Source of the DNA: a virus
UHGV virus genome: UHGV-0337819
Length of the DNA stretch: 39,182 bases
Direction: 5' to 3' (one strand)
Below, in pieces: positions 27,064-34,468 of this stretch; the first letter of the stretch is position 1; each line of letters starts with the position of its first letter. Under the pieces are notes generated by a model. That model saw only the letters and a program-made list of their open reading frames with translations, did no database searches and was not told the DNA's origin. The translations under genes were made by a program, and so were the position numbers.

Positions 27064-27498
27064 ATGAAATTAACAACAGAAAAAATAAATGAACTGCTAG
27101 GTGTTGATGATGCCTACAAAGCGCCAGAAGCGCTCATGAATATATTACTAAATCGTGATAAACGAGAAATCGTGTTTAACAAATTTTTAGAAATAGAAAA
27201 TGACTTAACTTTCGATTGGTTTCACGAATATTTTCAAGACGAACACGCTGATCGGAAAGTCAAGAAACAAGATTTTACGCCAAATTCTATTGGCGAAGTG
27301 ATTGCAAAAATCGTAGGACCTGGAAGCGGATTGACACATGAAGTAGCTTCTGGGACAGGTGGAATGATCATACAAAAATGGCGAGCAGACAGACTATCTA
27401 TTGGTTTTTTTGAATATAAACCATCAATGACTTTTTACGATTTAGAGGATCTTGAAGAAGACGGCGAAGTATTGTTAATCGATGGTAGCTTGATTTAG
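27064..27498 (+). CDS. N6-adenine methyltransferase N-terminal-like protein (motif X/I present, NPPY motif absent)
   Basis: 144 aa. DFTPNSIGEVIAKIVGPGSGLTHEVASGTGGMII aligns with the HsdM/gamma-class pattern FTP..V..LMV.LL.P..G..V.DPACGSGGFL. The protein ends about 37 aa after motif I. Confidence 0.4.
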   Translation: MKLTTEKINELLGVDDAYKAPEALMNILLNRDKREIVFNKFLEIENDLTFDWFHEYFQDEHADRKVKKQDFTPNSIGEVIAKIVGPGSGLTHEVASGTGGMIIQKWRADRLSIGFFEYKPSMTFYDLEDLEEDGEVLLIDGSLI

Positions 27499-27509
27499 GA
27501 GGAATAGCG

Positions 27510-28025
27510 ATGAATAAACAAGAATTGATTGAAGAATTAGAATGCATAGAAGTTTCTACAGACAGCCTTGATTATTTGAAAGGTGCTAACTATGCTGTCG
27601 AAAAAGCAATTAGCTTAGCAAAACAACTAGATGAACCGAAAAAAGTCGTTATTCCGAAGTTCGTGGCAGAATGGATTGAATATGCTAAAAAGAAAGGTGA
27701 TAGCCTAAGCGCTTCATTCAAACCGTGGGACCTATATGGCGCTGAATACGGTAAGGTTAATAGCTGGATAAAGGACAATGAAGAGACTTATGCTCGTGCT
27801 TGGCTAGATGGATATGAGGTGGAAAAAGAACTAAGGTATGTAATAAGTGTTCCCAACGATAGTATTCATAAACACTATTTAGCTAGGTTTATAAATAGTA
27901 ATTTCGAAATGCCTGTTTTTAGACACATTGGCGAAGAAGACCCACTATTTATTAAAGACAAAGCAAAAGCAGCCGTTATTGCTGACTGGGTGAAAGGTAC
28001 GGTTGAGAAGTGGGAGGAACAGTGA
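27510..28025 (+). CDS. hypothetical protein (DUF1642-like)
   Basis: 171 aa; RBS AGGAGG lies upstream. Confidence 0.35.
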   Translation: MNKQELIEELECIEVSTDSLDYLKGANYAVEKAISLAKQLDEPKKVVIPKFVAEWIEYAKKKGDSLSASFKPWDLYGAEYGKVNSWIKDNEETYARAWLDGYEVEKELRYVISVPNDSIHKHYLARFINSNFEMPVFRHIGEEDPLFIKDKAKAAVIADWVKGTVEKWEEQ

Positions 28026-28210
28026 TGAAACGCAACTGGAAAAGAGTAATAAATAAAGTTAGTGGCATTGCAATAATGATTCTTGTAGCAAAAGCAGCCG
28101 TGAGCTATTTCGTGTATAGCAATGACATAACAAGCAGTGACCTCGTTTATTTCCTTTCATGCTCGTTTATTTTGGGGTTAGGGCTATATTTAGGAGGTTC
28201 AAGTGTATGA
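28010..28210 (+). CDS. small membrane protein
   Basis: 66 aa with two hydrophobic segments; overlaps the neighbouring genes. Confidence 0.3.
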   Translation: MGGTVMKRNWKRVINKVSGIAIMILVAKAAVSYFVYSNDITSSDLVYFLSCSFILGLGLYLGGSSV

Positions 28211-28407
28211 GTTATCCAGAAGTTTATATCTTAGGAAGGCAAGTCGATGGCGTTTATGTTGAGTATTCAGAACCATATCTTTCAAAAAAAGAAGCTGAAT
28301 TTGATAAGCATCACTATGAAATGGGCCAATCAATGTCACATGATGCTGGCTCTTGGAAAATTTTAAAGTATGGCAGACCAATTACATTGGAGGTGCAACA
28401 TGGGTAA
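28207..28407 (+). CDS. hypothetical protein
   Basis: Start at ATG 28207 with AGGAGG 9 nt upstream; the supplied ORF starts at 28159 in frame. 66 aa. Confidence 0.35.
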   Translation: MSYPEVYILGRQVDGVYVEYSEPYLSKKEAEFDKHHYEMGQSMSHDAGSWKILKYGRPITLEVQHG

Positions 28408-28489
28408 GAAAAAATCAAAAATTAAAAAGAAAAAGTGTCGCTTGCAAGAAAAGGCAATTGCAAACGGCACTCAAAATTCTAAAAAATAA
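28400..28489 (+). CDS. possible small basic peptide MGKKKSKIKKKKCRLQEKAIANGTQNSKK, paralog of 25979
   Basis: 29 codons. ATG overlaps the upstream gene's 3' end. The differences from the 25979 copy are mostly conservative (K/R, Q/K), which suggests the peptide is under selection. Confidence 0.2.
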   Translation: MGKKKSKIKKKKCRLQEKAIANGTQNSKK

Positions 28490-28551
28490 AAAAAGTCGGA
28501 ATCGCTCCGACCAACCACATTGATATTATAACATAAAAGGAGCGATTTAAC

Positions 28552-28968
28552 TTGATTCAATTGTTAAAAGAAGTTGATTTCAGTCAGACTAGAGCCAATG
28601 CGAGAGCCGTGTTGAAAAATTTTAGACGTTTGGACCGAATAGCTGGTCGTTCCTTAGTAGATGTTCGATCACCAATCATTACAGACATGCCAAAAGGTAT
28701 AAAGCATGGCAACAAAGCAGAAGATGCGTTGATCCAGATGATTGATGTCGAAGTAGAGCGTGATGCAATCCTAACGGCTTTGATGTCACTAAGCATTATA
28801 AGTCGTCAAATTCTTCACTACAGTTTTTGCGTGCAGGACCATTACTCTAATTACAAGATTGCTAGAGAAGTCGGCTATTCCGAAAGAAGTATTCAACGCA
28901 TGAAATCAGAAGCTTTGATTGAATTCGCAGAAGCTTACCGCAATGGAAAAATAATTGCATATAAATAA
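28552..28968 (+). CDS. arpU: ArpU-family late-gene transcriptional regulator
   Basis: 138 aa. N-terminus LLKEVDFSQTRANARAVLKNFRRLDRIAG. Size and position (last gene of the early/replication block, before the packaging module) match ArpU/RinA-type phage late activators. Confidence 0.65.
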   Translation: MIQLLKEVDFSQTRANARAVLKNFRRLDRIAGRSLVDVRSPIITDMPKGIKHGNKAEDALIQMIDVEVERDAILTALMSLSIISRQILHYSFCVQDHYSNYKIAREVGYSERSIQRMKSEALIEFAEAYRNGKIIAYK

Positions 28969-28973
28969 AATTT

Positions 28974-29002
28974 TTGGCGGTTTTTTGGCGGAAAGTTGGC
29001 GG
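28974..29002 (+). repeat. three direct TTGGCGG repeats with exact 11-bp periodicity
   Basis: TTGGCGG at 28974-28980, 28985-28991 and 28996-29002. Each is preceded by a T-run. They start 6 bp after the ArpU stop. Confidence 0.6.
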
Positions 29003-30118
29003 TTTTTATCAATATTTAGATGTTATTATGGTAGTGTCGAAAGATAAGGAGACGAGGGTAAGGCATGCATTACCTATCTTAGCTCCGTTTCGCTTATCTT
29101 TTGAGGCTACCTATAAAAAATAAAGAATAAGGATGTGGAAAGTCCAGTTCTTTCTGTCTCGTTTAGTCTAGGTAGCAAATATTGCAATAAACTTGGCATT
29201 AAGCTTACACGTAGACGTACGCCGAAAGCACTTGTCAAGATAGCGCTATGTAGTTTGCAATGATCACTCACAAATCATACGTTCTCAAACTAAAGAAATG
29301 AGGTGTAATTCCTCTCTCTTTTTTCTACAGGTTTGTGAGTGATTACTATTAAAAATTGAAAAATCAATAGATTTAAACCTAGTGAAGAGCATTTGAACAA
29401 TGTGCTAGGGTAGTATGGGATAAGTCGATAACTAAAATGAATTGGGATACTGATTGATTTTAGTGGTGGATTTTACAGCAATGTAAAAAGGGCTAATAGT
29501 AAAAGCTATTAATCGCAAAGTACTACGTGGAATTTGTGCAGGTGTAAGGTACGAAACTTTCGGGCGTGACAATAGACGCTCCAGTGGAGAATAATCTAAG
29601 TTAGGTGGAAGTGTGAGAAGCTTGGCAGACCTTAGAAACCTCAAACCAAGCGCTTTGCAGAGAAACTGAGAAATCAGTGTTTAACGAAAGAAGTCGGTAC
29701 GAGTAGCTTAATGCAGCAATTATTTACAGATGACAAATAATAAAAATGGGACTCTTATGTAAATGCTGAATGTTCAAGTGAAAGTTATTAGCCGGTAGAG
29801 CTAGATCATACAGAAAAAGCAAAGAGAAGCTATTGGGTAGCGCCCGATAGTTCAGCCTCTTTGGGTATGTGACTGAATAACACTGTAAACAAAGGAAGCA
29901 GGAAGAAAAGCCTAAATCTGTTGATTTTTGAGTTTTTAATTATCGCTGTGGCGGAAGTAGAGAGACGCAAAGGTGTAGATAGTGAGCGTAAGGCGCACTA
30001 TTGAGACCTTGTACAAAACTAGAGAGGGCTAGTGCATGAGTGGTGCAATTCCACTCCAGCGATATTAAGATTGCGGTAGACAATCTTAAAAATGGCATAA
30101 TGGGAAAATCCTTTCGGT

Positions 30119-30189
30119 TGGCGTGTAGCATCTGGGATGCAACGAGCATATTGCGAGATAAGAAGCAGGTTCGATTCCTGCCACGCCAA
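30119..30189 (+). other. tRNA-like element: 7-bp acceptor stem plus canonical T-arm, but no recognisable D or anticodon arm
   Basis: TGGCGTG (30119-30125) pairs perfectly with CACGCCA (30182-30188). T-arm is GCAGG-TTCGATT-CCTGC (30165-30181), with the canonical TTCGA T-loop. Discriminator A at 30189; no encoded CCA. The interior holds only the hairpin GCATC-TGG-GATGC. Confidence 0.45.
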
Positions 30190-30357
30190 TAGGTAGCTTT
30201 GCTACTTAATAAAAGAATCGTCAATAGATGTTTCTTACTTTAACGGTCGGTTCACCTCCTTCGGAACAGCCAGCCTGCGAAACAGGATAAAGTGGCTAGC
30301 AACCTAGTATTGCTAAATAAGTGTTAGATTGGCTAGGCAGTCTAACATAAATCTTTA

Positions 30358-30389
30358 GACTACTCAATATAAATGAGTGGTCTTTTTTT
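30358..30389 (+). terminator. rho-independent terminator
   Basis: GACTACTCA (30358-30366), loop ATATAAA, TGAGTGGTC (30374-30382; one G-U pair), then TTTTTTT (30383-30389). Confidence 0.6.
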
Positions 30390-30547
30390 GTACATAAAAA
30401 GCCACTAGACCCAGTCTAGTGGCTAGGTAGCATTCGTGCACAATATTTTTTGATTGCTATTTACAAAAAGGAGTTGCTACCTATGAATAGTATATCAAGA
30501 AGTGATTTATTGAATCAAGTACATAAAAACAACTAGGAGGGAAAAAC

Positions 30548-30781
30548 ATGATCCAAAACTATTGGTATGTATCGTTAACACATAAATATCCACAGTCGAA
30601 CCGCTCAACTGGTTCAATGCGTGTTGTACTGTCTGTGCTGATAAAAGAAAATGTATCCATTGTCAAAATGATGAGAGAAGCTACGCCAAAGGAAATCGAT
30701 GCGTGCAAGCTAGTTTATTGTGGTTATGGCGGTTGGAAAGATAAGCATATACAAGAGAATATAGAGAAGTACATGAAATGA
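30548..30781 (+). CDS. hypothetical protein, first gene of the late operon
   Basis: 77 aa; RBS AGGAGGG at 30533-30539. Confidence 0.35.
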   Translation: MIQNYWYVSLTHKYPQSNRSTGSMRVVLSVLIKENVSIVKMMREATPKEIDACKLVYCGYGGWKDKHIQENIEKYMK

Positions 30782-30811
30782 TAAATTATTAGACAGAAAG
30801 GCGGTGAGGTC

Positions 30812-31597
30812 ATGGCAAAGTACACAGAGTGGCTAACCGATGAAGGGTTAATCAAAATCGAAGGATGGGCACGAGATGGCCTCATCGATAAGCAGATAGC
30901 CCAGAATATCGGGGTAGCTTATTCAACTTTCAGAGAATGGGTAAAAAAATTTCCAGCACTTTCGGCATCCTTAAAAAGAGGAAAAGAAGTTGTTGATAGA
31001 CAAGTTGAAAATGCTTTGTTTAAAAGTGCTATAGGATACGAATACACTGAAATTACTAAAGAAAGAATGGCAGATAACGGGCAAAAGAAACGACATAATG
31101 GTGAATCATCTTTGACAGAAGAAGAGTGGGAAACAGCACTTGCTTATTTTAATTACAGTTGTGCATATTGTGGTAATTCAGATGAGATGACTAAAGACCA
31201 TCTTGACCCATTAAAAAATGGCGGCGAGTTGACTTTTTCAAATGTAGTTCCTGCATGTCGTTCTTGTAATTCAAGCAAAAAGGATCATCAATGGCTTTCG
31301 TGGTATCAAAACCAAGACTTTTACGACAGATACAAAGCAAATAAAATCACTGATTATATATCATTCGTGTTAAGCTTTCCGAAAAAAGAAGAAAACACAG
31401 AGCTAGTTGTTACAAAAGAAATAACTAAATTGGTAGCCCCTAATCCAACTGCGGCTATTTTCTGGTTGAAAAATAGAAAGCCAGACGAATGGCGAGATCG
31501 AAAAGAAACTCAAATTTCTGGCGAAATGTCTGTTAGCAATCCATTCACTAACTTATCTGAAGAAGAATTAAGAAGGTTAGCTAAAGATGATGGATAA
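30812..31597 (+). CDS. terS: terminase small subunit with an inserted HNH endonuclease domain (TerS-HNH fusion)
   Basis: 261 aa. The N-terminal ~80 aa are an HTH of the TerS DNA-binding type (GWARDGLIDKQIAQNIGVAYSTFREWVKK...KEVVDRQVENALFKSAIG). The central HNH core is CAYCGNSDEMTKDHLDPLKNGGELTFSNVVPACRSCNSSKKDH. The C-terminus (AAIFWLKNRKPDEWRDRKE) matches the conserved TerS tail. Its stop overlaps the TerL start. Confidence 0.55.
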   Translation: MAKYTEWLTDEGLIKIEGWARDGLIDKQIAQNIGVAYSTFREWVKKFPALSASLKRGKEVVDRQVENALFKSAIGYEYTEITKERMADNGQKKRHNGESSLTEEEWETALAYFNYSCAYCGNSDEMTKDHLDPLKNGGELTFSNVVPACRSCNSSKKDHQWLSWYQNQDFYDRYKANKITDYISFVLSFPKKEENTELVVTKEITKLVAPNPTAAIFWLKNRKPDEWRDRKETQISGEMSVSNPFTNLSEEELRRLAKDDG

Positions 31598-32978
31598 AAT
31601 TGTTTTAGGTGCAAAGTTAGAATTATCCCGCCGTTATTTTTGGGACTATTGCAAATTAACGGCATCTGACTTTTACAAACAAGATAGAGTGTACTTAAAA
31701 GAATTATGCGATGATTTACAAGAATTCATTTATGATAGTGACGATGACGTTCTAGTTATCAATGAACCACCTAGACATGGAAAATCAAGAACTGCTGGTA
31801 AGTTTGTAGAATGGTTATTAGGAAATGACAATCAAAAAAAGATAATGACGGGTTCGTATAACGAAACATTATCTACAACATTTTCTAAAGGTGTGAGGAA
31901 TGCTATTCAGGAAATAAAAGCTGATGAAGGCAGGATAGTATTTTCAGATGTATTCCCTGGTGTAGAAATAAAATCAGGTGATGGCGCTATGAATTTGTGG
32001 AGCTTGAATGGTGGGTACAATAATTATCTAGCGACATCTCCAACAGGAACAGCTACAGGTTTTGGTGCAGACATCATCATCATTGATGATTTAATTAAAA
32101 ATGCTGAAGAAGCAAATAATGCTATGGTTTTAGAGAAGCACTGGGATTGGTTTACCAATACTATGCTTTCTCGTTTAGAAACAGGCGGTAAAATTATAAT
32201 CATCATGACTAGGTGGCATTCTAATGATTTAGCAGGAAAAGCTTTAGAGGAGTTACCTCAATCTGGTTATAAAGTAAAGCATATTAGCATGAAAGCATAT
32301 AACGAAGAAACAGACACTATGCTTTGTGAGTCTGTCCTTTCTAAAGAAGAATATTTCCGTAAAAAGAAAACGATGGGTGCAGATATTGCTTCTGCTAACT
32401 ATCAACAAGAACCGATTGATTTAAAAGGTCGTTTGTACCAAAAATTTTCAACATATGAAACACGCTCTAATTACATTAAAATATGGAATTATACCGATAC
32501 AGCAGATACTGGTGCTGATAATCTTTGTTCAATTGTTTTTGGTGAGACAGAAGATCATAAAGCAGAAGTATTGGATGTTCTATTTACAAAAGAACCAATG
32601 GAACAAACGGAAACAGCACACGCTGAACAAATTAAAAACAACCAAGTAAACCATGTCCGCATTGAGTCTAACTCTGGTGGGCGTGGTTTTTCTCGTAATT
32701 CAGAAAGAATCGTTAAAGAACGAGGATATCGTGGTGCTTATTACGAGCCGTTTCATCAATCGGCAAATAAACAATCACGTATTCTTTCTAATTCGGCACT
32801 TGTAGAAAATAATGTGTATTTCCCATCAGATTGGAAAATAAGATGGCCAGAATTTTATGAAGCTATGACGACCTACCAAAGGGAAGGTAAAAACAAACAC
32901 GATGATGCACCAGATGCTGTAACAGGCATTGTAGAAACATTAGCAAATGATAACCAAGTTAGATTTATCCAATATTAG
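31587..32978 (+). CDS. terL: terminase large subunit
   Basis: 463 aa. Walker A-like INEPPRHGKSRTAG. Walker B/acidic DIIIIDDLIK. C-terminal nuclease domain with conserved Asp residues. Confidence 0.85.
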   Translation: MMDKIVLGAKLELSRRYFWDYCKLTASDFYKQDRVYLKELCDDLQEFIYDSDDDVLVINEPPRHGKSRTAGKFVEWLLGNDNQKKIMTGSYNETLSTTFSKGVRNAIQEIKADEGRIVFSDVFPGVEIKSGDGAMNLWSLNGGYNNYLATSPTGTATGFGADIIIIDDLIKNAEEANNAMVLEKHWDWFTNTMLSRLETGGKIIIIMTRWHSNDLAGKALEELPQSGYKVKHISMKAYNEETDTMLCESVLSKEEYFRKKKTMGADIASANYQQEPIDLKGRLYQKFSTYETRSNYIKIWNYTDTADTGADNLCSIVFGETEDHKAEVLDVLFTKEPMEQTETAHAEQIKNNQVNHVRIESNSGGRGFSRNSERIVKERGYRGAYYEPFHQSANKQSRILSNSALVENNVYFPSDWKIRWPEFYEAMTTYQREGKNKHDDAPDAVTGIVETLANDNQVRFIQY

Positions 32979-32989
32979 GAGGTGTGAAA

Positions 32990-34468
32990 ATGTTTCAAAA
33001 CAATTTAAGTTTGAAGCGGTATAAAAGATTACGAACAAAATATTCTACACAAATTAATGAAGAAGTTTTCGATCCTAATGATTTTATTACTGAAATGAAG
33101 CCATTTTTTGATGATAGAGAGCGCAAATACAAAGCTTATACAAGCGAACAAAATGAGATCGATAGAAGACCTAAACCAAACACAAAGATTATAAAAGTGA
33201 ATAATAAACTTCATGCTGGTTTATACAATACTATTGTCGATCAAGCAGCGGACCATTTCACAGGCATTCCAATTAAGTGGGATTATGATATTACAGAACA
33301 AAGAAAGTCCTTAATTCAAAAAACAAAGGATTTATTTTTAGGTAACGTCAGCGCGAAGATAAAAACACCTAAAGAATTCGATAGACTAGCAGAATTAGTT
33401 AAAGAAATGCGATTCGCAATGTTGGATTCAGACACGGCACGATATCAAGGCGCTTGTGGAGTTGCTTTTCGTTTGTTAGAACCCGTTGAAACTGCGGGAG
33501 AGTGGCAATTGTGGGCATGTAATGTTGAGCCATGGAGAGCCGAAAAATATGAAAATGCAGATATTTTCATTCGAGAGAAATATGACACACACCAAAAGAA
33601 GTTTTTCGAAGAAATGAAAGTTGTTACTAAGAAAAAAATCTTAACGTATAACAGATACGTGGAAACAAATTTAATGAATGCGGCTGAAACATTTAAATTG
33701 ACAGCAGAAACTGATAACCCTTTAGAAACCTTCTACCTATCAGAATTTAAAAACAACACGAATCGTTATTGCGATTTTGAAGTAGCAGAGGAACTTTCTG
33801 ATGCATTTGATAGAAGCCTGTCAGACCAGCAAAACGAGGTAGAGCAATTTAAATTAGCGTATATGATGATTAGCGGGTCTCGTTTAGGCGAAGAAGAAGA
33901 AGCACAGAGGATGATGGAGCAATTAGGTATTATTAACTTGCCAGATCCACAAGCTAAGGTTGGCTATGTAACGAAAGATATTAACAAAGATTTCAACGAG
34001 TATCATCTTAATCAGCTGAAAAAGCTTTACTACACAGTCACTAAGTCAATCGACTTCAACGATGAAGTATTTAAATCCAATAGCTCTGGTGAAGCTCGCA
34101 AGTGGCAAATAATAGCACTAGAAGCCAAAACAAACACGAAAGAACAGTACTTTAAAGAAGGATTAAAAGAAGTTGCAGAGACCATGGCAGCTTTTATAAA
34201 ATTTAACGATAAATTAGAAGTAGATGTTTCTAAAATTGTGTTTACATTTAGTCGTAGTTTACCAACCGATATTGGATATCTTGCTGAGGCGTTACCTAAA
34301 TTAGCACCTTATGTATCAAAACGTACTATCATTAATCAAATTCCATTCGTTAAAGATCCAGATTACGAGGCGGACATGATGAATTTAGAACAAGGGCAAA
34401 ACTATCCAAGTGGGGAATACGGCAAGCTAGGCGGTGCGGATAATGACGAAGAAGAAAATAACGGCTAG
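32990..34468 (+). CDS. portal protein (SPP1 gp6-like)
   Basis: Start at ATG 32990 with AGGAGGTG RBS; the supplied ORF starts at the GTG at 32984. About 492 aa. Lies directly after TerL and before MuF, the SPP1-type head module order. Acidic C-terminus. Confidence 0.8.
   Translation: MFQNNLSLKRYKRLRTKYSTQINEEVFDPNDFITEMKPFFDDRERKYKAYTSEQNEIDRRPKPNTKIIKVNNKLHAGLYNTIVDQAADHFTGIPIKWDYDITEQRKSLIQKTKDLFLGNVSAKIKTPKEFDRLAELVKEMRFAMLDSDTARYQGACGVAFRLLEPVETAGEWQLWACNVEPWRAEKYENADIFIREKYDTHQKKFFEEMKVVTKKKILTYNRYVETNLMNAAETFKLTAETDNPLETFYLSEFKNNTNRYCDFEVAEELSDAFDRSLSDQQNEVEQFKLAYMMISGSRLGEEEEAQRMMEQLGIINLPDPQAKVGYVTKDINKDFNEYHLNQLKKLYYTVTKSIDFNDEVFKSNSSGEARKWQIIALEAKTNTKEQYFKEGLKEVAETMAAFIKFNDKLEVDVSKIVFTFSRSLPTDIGYLAEALPKLAPYVSKRTIINQIPFVKDPDYEADMMNLEQGQNYPSGEYGKLGGADNDEEENNG

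Larger units (their letters stand above)
29030..30389 (+). ncRNA. candidate large structured non-coding RNA (ROOL/GOLLD-class) or otherwise structured cos/pac region; ends in an intrinsic terminator
   Basis: No ORF of 60 codons or more on the + strand across about 1.5 kb, in an otherwise tightly packed genome. Composition is visibly less AT-biased than the flanks. Many perfect hairpins and long-range complements are present (listed in the findings). A tRNA-like module and a hairpin plus U-run sit at the 3' end. Confidence 0.4.

Noticed and set aside
30119-30189. Calling the element at 30119-30189 a canonical tRNA gene
   Set aside because: The acceptor stem and T-arm are perfect, but no D-stem or anticodon stem-loop can be formed from the interior sequence. 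It is kept as a tRNA-like element, not a tRNA.
29432-30224. Minus-strand ORFs 29432-29644 and 29940-30224 inside the 1.5-kb non-coding region
   Set aside because: They lack Shine-Dalgarno sequences. Their translations are low-complexity and start/stop-rich. They would be antisense to a + strand transcription unit ending in a strong terminator. The region is better explained as structured RNA/DNA.
30400-30451. Second terminator at the 11-bp perfect hairpin AGCCACTAGAC-CCA-GTCTAGTGGCT
   Set aside because: The T-run (30445-30451) begins about 20 nt after the stem, so it is not a standard intrinsic terminator. It is more likely part of the RNA structure or a regulatory hairpin upstream of the late promoter. 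It is retained only as a structural observation within finding 1.
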